64,000 nt of DNA from Gammaproteobacteria bacterium (GTDB lineage: Bacteria > Pseudomonadota > Gammaproteobacteria > UWMA-0217): NCBI GenBank assembly GCA_027081275.1, contig JALWKV010000025.1, forward strand, positions 2,141 through 66,140. The letters are read 5' to 3'. Positions 1 through 13,744 of the stretch are shown here, piece by piece. Numbering within the stretch: position 1 is the stretch's first letter; the number at the start of each line of letters is the position of its first letter. A model generated the notes under the pieces. That model was not told where the DNA came from. It did not search any database and saw only the letters and a program-made list of their open reading frames with translations. The position numbers and the translations under genes are program-made.

Positions 1-2428
<2,428 letters not shown>

Positions 2429-2449
<21 letters not shown>

Positions 2450-2596
2450 CCGTTTGAAGCGAAAATTCGTGGGAGCGAATCAAATGGGCTTATCAGGCGA
2501 GGCGAATAGCAGGGCTATTTAACGAGTCTGATCGGTCCAGTTGATCGCTATCCACGGATTTGCAGCCAAACAGCGTTAAGTCCGACAGGCGCCTAC
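2429..2596 (+). mobile_element. MITE-like 168-bp imperfect palindrome, family 1, copy A
   Basis: Termini GAGCCTGTCGG / CCGACAGGCGC flanked by CTAG and CTAC. 8 mismatches in 168 against copy B by hand alignment. The arms are mutually complementary over nearly the full length. Confidence 0.7.
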
Positions 2597-2604
2597 GCAG
2601 ATAA

Positions 2605-3894
<1,290 letters not shown>

Positions 3895-3922
3895 CGCTCT
3901 GTCGGAAAACGCGTGATTCGGG

Positions 3923-3946
3923 AGGCCGCTGTTCGCGGCCTTTTTA
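3923..3946 (+). terminator. intrinsic terminator after eno
   Basis: AGGCCGC / GCGGCCT stem with a 5-nt loop, followed by TTTTT. Confidence 0.6.
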
Positions 3947-3956
3947 ATGCAGGTGC

Positions 3957-3986
3957 TTACATTATCCCTGTAACTTATTGTAGAAT
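3957..3986 (+). promoter_or_regulatory. candidate sigma70 promoter for ftsB-ispD-ispF
   Basis: TTACAT, 18-nt spacer, TAGAAT, inside the most AT-rich stretch of the window. Confidence 0.35.
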
Positions 3987-4123
3987 AATAAAATTCGGAG
4001 TCGGGACGCGCTCTAATAAGCTGATAGGGACAGTCGGCATATAAATCATGCCGTGGACGACAGGGAGGCTGCGCGATCGAGCAGCATGCGCCCCCGTTGT
4101 GCAGACAGGACAAAGACGACAGG

Positions 4124-4447
4124 ATGAGGCTACTTGTAATCACACTCGTGGGGCTGCTGGCGGTGCTGCAGATCCGTCTTTGGATCGGGGAAGGAAGCTT
4201 TGCCGATGTGTGGCGAATCTACGCGGCGGTGGAGGCCCAGCGAGCCGAGAACGATCGGCTCCGCGCACGCAACGCCGCGCTGGCCGCCGAAGTCAGTGAT
4301 CTCAAGAAGGGAACGGCCGCCATCGAGGAGCGCGCCCGCAGTGAACTGGGCATGATCAAGGAAGGCGAAACCTTTTTTCAGGTCATTCTGCCGGCGAACT
4401 ATCGACAATTCTCCCGTCAAACCGCTTCGATATCCGATGACCGATGA
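4124..4447 (+). CDS. ftsB: cell division protein FtsB
   Basis: N-terminal TM helix then coiled coil (MRLLVITLVGLLAVLQIRLWIGEGS...ERARSELGMIKEGETFF). An alternative TTG start at 4097 is possible. Stop overlaps the ispD ATG. Confidence 0.85.
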   Translation: MRLLVITLVGLLAVLQIRLWIGEGSFADVWRIYAAVEAQRAENDRLRARNAALAAEVSDLKKGTAAIEERARSELGMIKEGETFFQVILPANYRQFSRQTASISDDR

Positions 4448-5154
4448 CTGACGTTGCCCGTATCTGGGCGATCATTCCCGCGGCCGGGGCCGGTCGGCGC
4501 ATGGGCGCGGACATTCCCAAGCAATATCTTCCGCTGGCGGGACTGACCGTTCTCGAACACACTTTGCGAAAAATCGCTGCGACGCCCCGGGTGGAAGGCA
4601 TCATGCTGTCGCTGAGCGCCGCGGACGAATGGTGGCCGACGCTCGACGTGACGCTCGATGTCCCGTTGCGGGTCGTCGCCGGTGGCGCCGAGCGGGTCCA
4701 TTCGGTTTTCAACGCGGTGGCGGCGATCACTCCCGAGCTGAACGACGCCGACTGGCTGCTGGTCCATGACGCGGCGAGGCCCTGCGTGCATGTGGCCGAT
4801 ATCGAGCGTCTCATCGAGACGGTTCGCGATCACGAATGTGGCGGCATTCTCGCCGCGCCGGCGCGCGATACGATGAAGCTGGCGGGCGATGCGGGAGAGA
4901 TCGCCGAAACGGTGGATCGCAGCCGGCTCTGGCACGCACTGACGCCGCAGCTCTTTCGCGCCGGCTTGCTGCACGAGGCGCTGGAGGCGGGGCTGACGCA
5001 TCCGGAGCGGATCACCGACGAGGCCAGCGCGCTGGAGCTGCTGGGCTACTCGCCGTTGCTGGTCGAAGGGCCGATGGACAATCTGAAGATCACCCGGCCG
5101 GAGGATCTGCCGCTGGCCGAGTTCTATCTGCAACGGGAGCTGGAAAATGGCTGA
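4444..5154 (+). CDS. ispD: 2-C-methyl-D-erythritol 4-phosphate cytidylyltransferase
   Basis: 236 aa with [12 protein letters not shown]. ftsB-ispD-ispF order is conserved. Confidence 0.93.
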   Translation: MTDVARIWAIIPAAGAGRRMGADIPKQYLPLAGLTVLEHTLRKIAATPRVEGIMLSLSAADEWWPTLDVTLDVPLRVVAGGAERVHSVFNAVAAITPELNDADWLLVHDAARPCVHVADIERLIETVRDHECGGILAAPARDTMKLAGDAGEIAETVDRSRLWHALTPQLFRAGLLHEALEAGLTHPERITDEASALELLGYSPLLVEGPMDNLKITRPEDLPLAEFYLQRELENG

Positions 5155-5617
5155 TATCCGCGTCGGACACGGCTTCGATGTGCATGCCTTCACCGCGGGC
5201 GACCATCTGATGCTGGGCGGAGTGAGAATTCCCCACGATCGCGCCTTCGCCGCCCACTCCGACGGCGACGTGTTGATCCATGCGGTCTGCGACGCGCTGC
5301 TCGGCGCGGCCGGGTTGGGTGATATCGGCCGCCATTTTCCCGATACCGATCCGGCCTTTGCCGGAGCAGACAGCCGGCGCCTGCTGGAGAAGGTGCTCGA
5401 CAAGCTGCGCGCAGACGGCTTTGCGGTGGTGAACATGGACGCGACGATCATTGCCCAGGCGCCCAAGCTCGCGCCGCATATCGACGCGATGCGGGACAAT
5501 CTGGCCGCCCTGCTCGATGCGCCGGTCAACGTCAAGGCGACCACCACCGAGCGCCTCGGCTATGCCGGCCGCGAGGAAGGCATCGCTGTTCATGCCGTGG
5601 TGCTGATTGAGCGCTGA
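5147..5617 (+). CDS. ispF: 2-C-methyl-D-erythritol 2,4-cyclodiphosphate synthase
   Basis: 156 aa with [12 protein letters not shown] and [10 protein letters not shown]. Overlaps ispD by 8 nt. Confidence 0.95.
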   Translation: MADIRVGHGFDVHAFTAGDHLMLGGVRIPHDRAFAAHSDGDVLIHAVCDALLGAAGLGDIGRHFPDTDPAFAGADSRRLLEKVLDKLRADGFAVVNMDATIIAQAPKLAPHIDAMRDNLAALLDAPVNVKATTTERLGYAGREEGIAVHAVVLIER

Positions 5618-5658
5618 AGCGGCTATAATCGCGGCTCTTCTTGTTTCGAGCGCCGCGC

Positions 5659-7047
5659 ATGACTCTCCATCTCCACAACACCCAGTCCGGCAAGAAAGAG
5701 CTCTTCGAGCCGATCGACCCCGATCGCGTGACGATGTATGTCTGCGGGCCGACGGTCTACAACCTCATCCACATCGGCAACGCCCGTCCGATCGTCGTGT
5801 TCGACACGCTGTTCCGGCTGTTGCGCTTTCACTACCCGAACGTGGTCTATGCGCGAAACATCACCGACGTCGATGACAAGATCAATCAGGCGGCGAAGGA
5901 GAACAACGAATCGATCCGCGAGCTGACCGATCGTTTCATTCGCCTCTACCACGAGGATATTGAGGCGTTGAATACGCTGCCGCCGTCGGTCGAGCCACGC
6001 GCCACGGAGCACATCGAGCCGATGTTGCAGATGGTGCAGGCGCTGGTCGATCGCGGCTGCGCCTATGTCGCCGACGGTCATGTGCTGTTCGACGTCTCGG
6101 CGATGCCTGACTATGGCGCGCTGTCGCACCGCAAGCTTGACGACATGCTGGCCGGCGCACGCGTCGAGGTGGCCTCGTACAAGCGGCATGCCGGCGATTT
6201 CGTGCTGTGGAAGCCGTCCAGCGACGACCTGCCCGGCTGGGAAAGCCCGTGGGGCGTCGGTCGTCCGGGCTGGCACCTCGAATGCTCGACGATGATCGAG
6301 AAGCACCTTGGCCGCACCATCGACATTCATGGCGGCGGGCGCGACCTGATTTTCCCTCATCATGAAAACGAACGCGCCCAGAGCCAGTGCGCGCACGACG
6401 GCGAAACCTTCGCCCGCTACTGGGTGCACAATGGCTACATCACCGTTTCCGGCGAGAAGATGTCGAAGTCCGAGGGCAATTTCTTCACGCTGCGGGATGT
6501 GCTCGCGCAGGCGCCGGGGGAAGCCGTCCGTTTCGCGCTGCTCTCCGGTCACTATCGTTCGCCGCTGGACTGGTCACCCGAGAATCTGCGGCAGGCGAAG
6601 TCGGCGCTCGACGGGCTCTACAACGCGCTATTGAAGGCGGAGGATGTCGAGGCCGATGCGGCCGCGGCGCCGGACAGCGATTTCATTGCCGCGCTCGACG
6701 ACGATCTGAACACGCCGGTGGCGATTGCCAGGCTGCACGATCTGGCGCGTCGGCTCAACAAGTCGGACAGCGCCGAGGAGAAAGCGCAGCTTAAAAGTAC
6801 ATTGCTCGCCAGCGGCAAGATGCTCGGCCTGTTCCACCAGTCGCCGGATGCCTGGTTCAAGTGGCTGGGTGATGATGAATCCCAAAACGGCCTCAGCGAC
6901 GAGGAGATCGAGGCGTTGATCGCCGAGCGTGTCGCGGCGCGCAAGGCGAGGGATTTTGCCCGCGCTGACGAGATTCGCGATCTGTTCAAGGCGCAGGGCA
7001 TCGTGCTCGAGGACAGCCCTCAGGGAACCACCTGGAAACGCGAATAG
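5659..7047 (+). CDS. cysS: cysteine--tRNA ligase
   Basis: HIGH-type motif [16 protein letters not shown] and KMSKS are present. The ATG at 5659 gives [14 protein letters not shown], which matches the CysS N-terminus better than the TTG at 5641. Confidence 0.95.
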   Translation: MTLHLHNTQSGKKELFEPIDPDRVTMYVCGPTVYNLIHIGNARPIVVFDTLFRLLRFHYPNVVYARNITDVDDKINQAAKENNESIRELTDRFIRLYHEDIEALNTLPPSVEPRATEHIEPMLQMVQALVDRGCAYVADGHVLFDVSAMPDYGALSHRKLDDMLAGARVEVASYKRHAGDFVLWKPSSDDLPGWESPWGVGRPGWHLECSTMIEKHLGRTIDIHGGGRDLIFPHHENERAQSQCAHDGETFARYWVHNGYITVSGEKMSKSEGNFFTLRDVLAQAPGEAVRFALLSGHYRSPLDWSPENLRQAKSALDGLYNALLKAEDVEADAAAAPDSDFIAALDDDLNTPVAIARLHDLARRLNKSDSAEEKAQLKSTLLASGKMLGLFHQSPDAWFKWLGDDESQNGLSDEEIEALIAERVAARKARDFARADEIRDLFKAQGIVLEDSPQGTTWKRE

Positions 7048-7160
7048 GCGCCGGGGCGCATCCGCGCGCGAGACAATGGCGTAAGAACGGCGCTCGACCT
7101 CTTGGGATATCCGCCCCCGGCGGCGGTTGGCGCTTCCATCCAGATTTCCGGTGATTTTCC

Positions 7161-8708
7161 ATGTGCGATCGTTTTTGCCGCTTCAGCGTATCGCTGTTGC
7201 TTTTTCTTCTGCTGGCCATGTTCCATGTCGCGGGACTGGCAAAGGATGCCTCCGAGCGGCCCGAGGCCATCGATTTTCCAAAGGATATTGCCTGGCTCAA
7301 TGTGAGCCGCCCGCTGTCGCTCGACGATCTTCGCGGGCGCGTGGTGATTCTCGATTTCTGGACCTACGGCTGCATCAACTGCATGCATGTGCTCAAGGAC
7401 CTGCGTCGGCTGGAGGAAAAATATGGTGATGACCTTGTCGTGATCGGTGTGCATACGCCGAAATTCGACAATGAGAAGAATATCGACACGCTGCGACGAA
7501 TCATCGTCCGCTATGGCATTGAGCATCCGGTGGCGAACGACCGCGAGTCGGTGCTGGCGGCGCTCTATGGCATGCGCGCCTGGCCCACGCAATATGTCAT
7601 CGACGCCGAAGGCAGGGTGCTCGGCAAGGTGGAGGGCGAGGGCAATTTCGACGTGCTCGATCGGGTTGTCGGTGAACTGCTGGCCGAACGCGAGGGAGAT
7701 GGTCCCGCGGCGCGGTTGCCGCTGAAGCCGGAGAAGGCGTTCTTTGCCGGGAGTCTGTTGGCGGCGCCGGGCAAGGTAGCCGTCGGTGATGGCCGGGTCG
7801 CAGTGGCCGATACGCTACACAACCGCATCATCGTCGCTGGCACGGACGGGAAAATCGTCAGAATTGTCGGCAGCGGCAAGGCCGGTCTTGTCGATGGCGC
7901 GCCGGACAAGGCCCGATTCGATGTCCCGCAGGGGTTGGCCTTTGGTGATGGCGTCCTCTATGTCGCCGATACGGGAAATCATGCCATTCGCCGTATCGAT
8001 CTTGCCGATGGCAGCGTGAAGACCATCGCCGGCAACGGCCGGATGGCATCGCACGCCCCAGCCATTTTCGAGGCGACATCGACGGGGCTGCGTTCGCCGT
8101 GGGCGCTGGCGCGTCAGGGCAATCGCCTCTATATCGCCATGGCCGGCGACCATCGGATCTGGCGGCTCGACCTCGATCAGGGAAAGATCCGCCCATGGGC
8201 GGGAGACGGCAGGGAGTCGATTGAGGATGGCGAAATACGCGCGGCGTCGTTCAGCCAGCCCAGCGGGCTTGCGCTGCACAAGGGTCAGCTCTACGTTGCC
8301 GATGCCGAGGTGTCGGCGGTCCGGAGAATCGATATCGAGAAGGAAAGGGTGGAAACGCTGGTCGGCAAGGGGCTGTTCGATTTCGGTGACGTGGATGGCG
8401 GCTTCGACAGCGCGAGGTTGCAGCACGTGCTCGGTATCGCGGTGCGCAACGATGACGAGTTGTATGTTGCCGATACCTACAACCACAAGCTGAAGCGGCT
8501 CTATCTCAATAACCGCCGAGTGGAAACAGTGGCGGGCACCGGCAAGCCGGGCAGGGGCAGTGGCAGGGCGCTTGAAGCGGCGCTCAATGAACCGGGCGGG
8601 CTGGCGGTGCTCGACGGCGATATTCTGATCGCCGATACGAACAACAACCGGATCATGCGTTACGACCCGGAGAAGCGGGAGCTGAGCGAATGGGTGTTGC
8701 GGAAATAG
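7161..8708 (+). CDS. secreted thioredoxin-like (redoxin, CxxC) domain fused to an NHL-repeat beta-propeller
   Basis: Signal-like N-terminus, VVILDFWTYGCINCMHV (CINC), then repeated units of the form ...LYVADTGNHAIRRID..., ...LYIAMAGDHRIW..., ...LYVADTYNHKLKR..., ...ILIADTNNNRIMRY... Confidence 0.8.
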   Translation: MCDRFCRFSVSLLLFLLLAMFHVAGLAKDASERPEAIDFPKDIAWLNVSRPLSLDDLRGRVVILDFWTYGCINCMHVLKDLRRLEEKYGDDLVVIGVHTPKFDNEKNIDTLRRIIVRYGIEHPVANDRESVLAALYGMRAWPTQYVIDAEGRVLGKVEGEGNFDVLDRVVGELLAEREGDGPAARLPLKPEKAFFAGSLLAAPGKVAVGDGRVAVADTLHNRIIVAGTDGKIVRIVGSGKAGLVDGAPDKARFDVPQGLAFGDGVLYVADTGNHAIRRIDLADGSVKTIAGNGRMASHAPAIFEATSTGLRSPWALARQGNRLYIAMAGDHRIWRLDLDQGKIRPWAGDGRESIEDGEIRAASFSQPSGLALHKGQLYVADAEVSAVRRIDIEKERVETLVGKGLFDFGDVDGGFDSARLQHVLGIAVRNDDELYVADTYNHKLKRLYLNNRRVETVAGTGKPGRGSGRALEAALNEPGGLAVLDGDILIADTNNNRIMRYDPEKRELSEWVLRK

Positions 8709-8731
8709 CCGTGCATTCCTGCACGAGGCAA

Positions 8732-9094
8732 CTATGCCTTCCCCCTTGTTTTACTGGCTGACTGCCACCGCACGTAGAAGAGTGAACCGCCGAACCAGAG
8801 CAGAACGGCCGCGGTCTCCAGCAGGCCCGTCAGGAAGGTTTTCTCCCCGGCGGCGATGCCGATGGCAATGACCAGATAGACCAGCGCCATGAAACCCGAC
8901 CATGCGTGCGTATAGGGTCGACCATGCAGCAGACCGCGTAGCGGAAAGAGTAACGGGCCGACCAGCACCAGCAGCAGAACGAGGCGAGGCGGGACGTGAT
9001 CGGCCGGCAGCAGCGCGATGGAGCCGAGCAGAAGGAAAAAGAGGGAAAAATACCCCGTCAGAGAGAGCAGGTAGGCCAGCCTGGTGCGTCTCAC
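8732..9094 (-). CDS. DUF2069-like small membrane protein
   Basis: Four hydrophobic segments and PLRGLLHGRPYTHAW. Sits next to wrbA/arsC, as commonly seen. The GTG start at 9094 is chosen to avoid overlap with wrbA; the ORF is open to 9229. Confidence 0.6.
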   Translation of the reverse strand: MRRTRLAYLLSLTGYFSLFFLLLGSIALLPADHVPPRLVLLLVLVGPLLFPLRGLLHGRPYTHAWSGFMALVYLVIAIGIAAGEKTFLTGLLETAAVLLWFGGSLFYVRWQSASKTRGKA

Positions 9095-9101
9095 GGGATG
9101 T

Positions 9102-10057
<956 letters not shown>

Positions 10058-10162
10058 GGCGTTGGCCCTGTTCGATAACTTGCTGATGATCTTAAGTGAT
10101 GCTAGCTTTCAAGCCAACACTGCAACCGATCTCGTGCCGGCGCCGCCCCATGGCGATTTCCG

Positions 10163-10330
10163 CTAGGAGCCTGTCGGAGTTGACCGTTTGAAGCGAAAAT
10201 TCCTGGGAGCGAATCAACTGGGCTGATCAGGCGAGGCGAATAGCAGGGCTATTTAACGAGTCTGATCAGTCCAGTTGATCGCTATCCACGGATTTGCAGC
10301 CAAACAGCGTTAAGACCGACAGGCTCCTAG
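10163..10330 (+). mobile_element. MITE-like 168-bp imperfect palindrome, family 1, copy B
   Basis: CTAG-GAGCCTGTCGG...CCGACAGGCTC-CTAG, with perfect 11-nt terminal inverted repeats and identical CTAG flanks. About 95% identical to copy A. Confidence 0.75.
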
Positions 10331-10377
10331 AGGCCGGCGCGGATAACGCTTCCTATCTGATGCGGGTTTGCGACTCA

Positions 10378-10692
10378 ATGAACCGAATGTCGATGCTGCT
10401 GTTGCTCCTTACCCTGCTGGTCGCGGGGTGCGAGACGATTCCCGTGCAGCAGATGAGTGATGCGCGTCAGGCGTTTCGTGCGGCGCAGCAGGCGGGCGCC
10501 GAGACATATGCGCCGGCGCTGTTTACCGAGGTCAAGGTGCTGATGGAGGACGCTGACCGTTTTCTGGCGGAGAGGCGCTATGCCCTGGCGGGCAAGGTGG
10601 CCGAGCGAGCACGGATGCTGGCCATCAAGGCACGGAGAAAGGCGCTGCTGGCGCAGCAGGTTCCAGGCAGGTTGCCGGAGCCGGGTCGGTAA
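10378..10692 (+). CDS. small lipoprotein (DUF4398-like, helical)
   Basis: Lipobox LLVAGC after MNRMSMLLLLLTL. The mature part is Ala/Arg-rich and helical. The ORF-track start at 10294 lies inside repeat B and is rejected. Confidence 0.7.
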   Translation: MNRMSMLLLLLTLLVAGCETIPVQQMSDARQAFRAAQQAGAETYAPALFTEVKVLMEDADRFLAERRYALAGKVAERARMLAIKARRKALLAQQVPGRLPEPGR

Positions 10693-10723
10693 CGAGGGCG
10701 TCGTCGATTCGGTGCGTCTGCGT

Positions 10724-11722
10724 TCAGCCTACCATCTCGAAGGGAAAAGCCTGTTCGGCATTTGTTTCCGGTAGCTTGCGGCGCAGTTTCATTTCCAGAT
10801 CGCAGTCGTCGCCGCAGGTTTCCAGATAATTGATGTTGCGCCGGATCCGTTCCATGTAAGGGTTTTCTTGGCCGAAATGGCTGCGCGCGTAGTTGTAGGC
10901 GCGGTGGAAATGGCGGTTGAGCCGGTGCAGTACCGAATGGTTGAAAAAATCCGGCGTCTTTTTCAGCAGATCCTCCGGGGATTCGAACAGCGTACCGTGA
11001 CGGTGAAACAGTGACGTGTCCTCGCCGTTTTTCTTCTTGGCGCCCGCCAGACCACAGACGACGAACTCCGGATAGAGACGGTTACGGCATTTCTCCAGGT
11101 AGCAGCGATCGGCCATTTGCGAGATGAGGTCGGCCGTTCCGAGCAGATGGCCGACGATGCGATCCTTGGCGTCGGGGATTTCTATTTCGTCGATGTCCAT
11201 TTCGTAGCCGGTGAAATGGATGAGCTGGGCTGCCAGCTCGGTGTATCGACCCAGTCCCAGCGTTGGCAGATAGTGGCGCAGAAAATCGCCGCCGCGACTG
11301 ACGTGGGTCAATGTGTAGTAGGCGCCGTTTGGCGCGATGTGGTCGTCCAGCCGGCGGATGTATCCGGCGTCATGAAACAGCGCGACGATGCATCCCAGCA
11401 CAAAGCGATCCTTGCCCAGTGCATCGAGCGGATGCTCGCGTTCATGGCCGTTGAGCAGGCGCGCCATCGTCAGCGTTACGTCGAGCGTGTGCTGCATGTC
11501 GTGATAGAGCGTGTCGCAGGCGTGATAGCCGGCGAAGTCCCCACGAAAGAGACGGGCAAAATCGGTAAAGGCCTGATTGATGAGGTTCAAACTGGCATTG
11601 CTGCCATGACTGGACAGATAGAGCTCACAGACATGCGCCCTGACGGATTCGACATCCGTAACCACAATGCTGTCGGTCACATCGTACTCGTTACGATGTG
11701 CCGCGAATGCTTTCGTTGTCAT
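10724..11722 (-). CDS. HD-domain metal-dependent phosphohydrolase
   Basis: 332 aa with an H...HD...D pattern: YHDMQHTLDV, VALFHDAGYIRR, LLGTADLISQMAD. I recognise no closer family. Confidence 0.75.
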   Translation of the reverse strand: MTTKAFAAHRNEYDVTDSIVVTDVESVRAHVCELYLSSHGSNASLNLINQAFTDFARLFRGDFAGYHACDTLYHDMQHTLDVTLTMARLLNGHEREHPLDALGKDRFVLGCIVALFHDAGYIRRLDDHIAPNGAYYTLTHVSRGGDFLRHYLPTLGLGRYTELAAQLIHFTGYEMDIDEIEIPDAKDRIVGHLLGTADLISQMADRCYLEKCRNRLYPEFVVCGLAGAKKKNGEDTSLFHRHGTLFESPEDLLKKTPDFFNHSVLHRLNRHFHRAYNYARSHFGQENPYMERIRRNINYLETCGDDCDLEMKLRRKLPETNAEQAFPFEMVG

Positions 11723-12048
11723 TATCGCTTAAGCCCGCTGCCGGATTGGCCCTGTAGATTGTTGTCAGAAACGTCCTTGTTCCAGTGGGTGTCGTGCTGT
11801 TTCAAGCACGTTCTCACAGGTTGCAGGCAGCATGATACCCAAGTGGTCCGGCAGCAATACGTAACTCGATCACAATAAATCAAGGATCGGGGCGAGGAAG
11901 GGCGCTTTTTTTGCGATAACCGGAACTGTTGCCGATATGGCCGGAATCAACGGAACCCTGTCAGGCTTTTCGGGGTGGGAGATTGAGAAAGGGCGACCGG
12001 TCGACCGAGACGGGGCGACCGGGCTCGCTATACAGGTGGTGATCGGGA

Positions 12049-12660
12049 TCAGGCGGTGCGAAATTCCATCTTGACGCCAGCTACTTCGATCACGTCATGA
12101 TCCTTCAGTTGCCGTTTGCTATCGACCGGCTCATTGTTGACCATGGAGGGCGCGTCTTCTTCGCCGCCATCGACATGCACAAAATAGAAATCGTCGTGGC
12201 GTTGCGTGATGGCGGCTACCTGGGTGCCGGGTTTGCCCAGTGTGACCATCTTGCTGGTAATGGGGATGATCTTCGGTTGGTTGTCGGGCGCGTCGATGAT
12301 TTCCAGGTGGGCCTGTGTTTGGTCCGATGCGCCGGAATAGCCGGAGCCGTTCAGTTTCTTGCCGCTTTCTTCCGATTCGGCAACATATTTCAGGCTGTAG
12401 GTGCCGAGGGTAATGACGTCCCCGTCATCGAGATGCGCCTGGGTGATTTTTTCGGCGTTGACGAACGTGCCGTTGGTGCTGCCGAGATCCTGAATGAAGG
12501 CATGATCCTCGATCATCACGATTTTTGCATGTTGGCCGCTGACGGACATGCTGTCGATTTGGATGTCGTTTTCCTTTTTTCGGCCGATCGTCATGCAATC
12601 CTTTTCGATCCTGATTTCATCAACGATCTTGCCCTCGGTGGAGAGTGTCAACTTCGCCAT
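12049..12660 (-). CDS. FHA-domain protein (canonical FHA plus a degenerate second FHA-like half)
   Basis: TIGRKKENDIQIDSMSVSGQHAKI...DLGSTNGTFVN. Starts 10 nt after the PP2C stop. Confidence 0.85.
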   Translation of the reverse strand: MAKLTLSTEGKIVDEIRIEKDCMTIGRKKENDIQIDSMSVSGQHAKIVMIEDHAFIQDLGSTNGTFVNAEKITQAHLDDGDVITLGTYSLKYVAESEESGKKLNGSGYSGASDQTQAHLEIIDAPDNQPKIIPITSKMVTLGKPGTQVAAITQRHDDFYFVHVDGGEEDAPSMVNNEPVDSKRQLKDHDVIEVAGVKMEFRTA

Positions 12661-12670
12661 AACTTACCCG

Positions 12671-13501
12671 TCATTGAAAGATTAGATTGATCAGCCGTTT
12701 CACCCAGTTTTCCGGTGGCGCCGGAAAAGGCTTCAACGGTCTGGCCAGCACGACCGAGATATTGTCTCGCCCGCCGTGTTCATTCGCCAGCTCCACCAGG
12801 TTGTCTGCTATATCCTGGAGGTTGTTGACGAAGGTCTTGATCGTTGCCGATATCTCCTCATCGGACACCATGTCGGTCAGGCCATCGGAGCACAGCAGAT
12901 AGATGTCTCCGGTCTCGACCGAGGTTTCGTGCATATCTACCACGACGTCGCTTTCGACCCCGAGTGCACGAGTCACAAGATTCTTGTTCAGACTCTCGTT
13001 CGCTTCCTCTTCCGTATAGAAACCACGGTCGACGAGTTCCTGCAACAGTGTATGGTCGGCGGTGATCTGTTCCAGGCGGTTGTCGCGGAAGCGGTACATC
13101 CGCGAGTCGCCGACATGGCTTACCGACAGCTTGTTGTCGAAGAATATGCCCACGACGATCGTCGTGCCCATGCCACGGTATTGCGGTTGGGATTGCGCCG
13201 CCTTGACGATGGTGGCGTTCGCCTCCTCGATGGCCGCCTGACAGATCAGGGTTTCCCGGCAGTATCCGGTACGCTTGTCGATCTGGGCGGTGCGGATGCC
13301 CGGGAGATGTTCGTGGAGATGGTTGAGAATGGTGTTGACGGCAATGGCGCTTGCCACTTCGCCGCCATGGTAGCCGCCCATGCCGTCCGCAAGAACGACT
13401 GCGCCCAGTTCGACCTCTTCGCCAATGCTGTCCTCGTTCTGCTCTCGAACTCGTCCGGTGTCGGTTCTGCCAGCAATCTCGAGTATTCCCGTTAAGTCCA
13501 T
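12671..13501 (-). CDS. PP2C-family Ser/Thr protein phosphatase (Stp1-like)
   Basis: Motifs RVREQNEDS, LADGMGGYHGG, MGTT, GDSR, CSDGLTD and GGRDNISV. The ATG at 13501 follows GGAGA. The upstream ORF extension to 13624 has no PP2C homology. Confidence 0.88.
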   Translation of the reverse strand: MDLTGILEIAGRTDTGRVREQNEDSIGEEVELGAVVLADGMGGYHGGEVASAIAVNTILNHLHEHLPGIRTAQIDKRTGYCRETLICQAAIEEANATIVKAAQSQPQYRGMGTTIVVGIFFDNKLSVSHVGDSRMYRFRDNRLEQITADHTLLQELVDRGFYTEEEANESLNKNLVTRALGVESDVVVDMHETSVETGDIYLLCSDGLTDMVSDEEISATIKTFVNNLQDIADNLVELANEHGGRDNISVVLARPLKPFPAPPENWVKRLINLIFQ

Positions 13502-13744
13502 GTTCTCCAGGTTGCAGTGCAACCCTGACTTGCGCTGTATGGAAGAGGAGGCGTTCGCTGAGGGGCGGGAGCGGAGTCGACCATCCCTGCAATAACCGGG
13601 CCGGTGGTACGGCTCGATCGGCAACAGCGGGCATTATAGTGGAAGCGGGTGGCCATAGACAGCGGAGGAGTATGACGCGCGCAGCAGAATGGGGCTTGAA
13701 ATCTGTCGGCTACCGGGGTGGGGATGGTCTCGGCCTCGCCGTCG

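Noticed and set aside
10294-10377. ORF-track N-terminal extension of the lipoprotein gene (MQPNSVKTDRLLEAG...).
   Set aside because: The extension is encoded by the right arm of repeat copy B. The internal ATG at 10378 gives a clean signal peptide with the lipobox LVAGC.
12049-13501. FHA + PP2C as the Fha/PppA threonine-phosphorylation switch of a type VI secretion system.
   Set aside because: No T6SS structural genes (tss, hcp, vgrG, clpV) and no PpkA-type kinase occur anywhere in the window.
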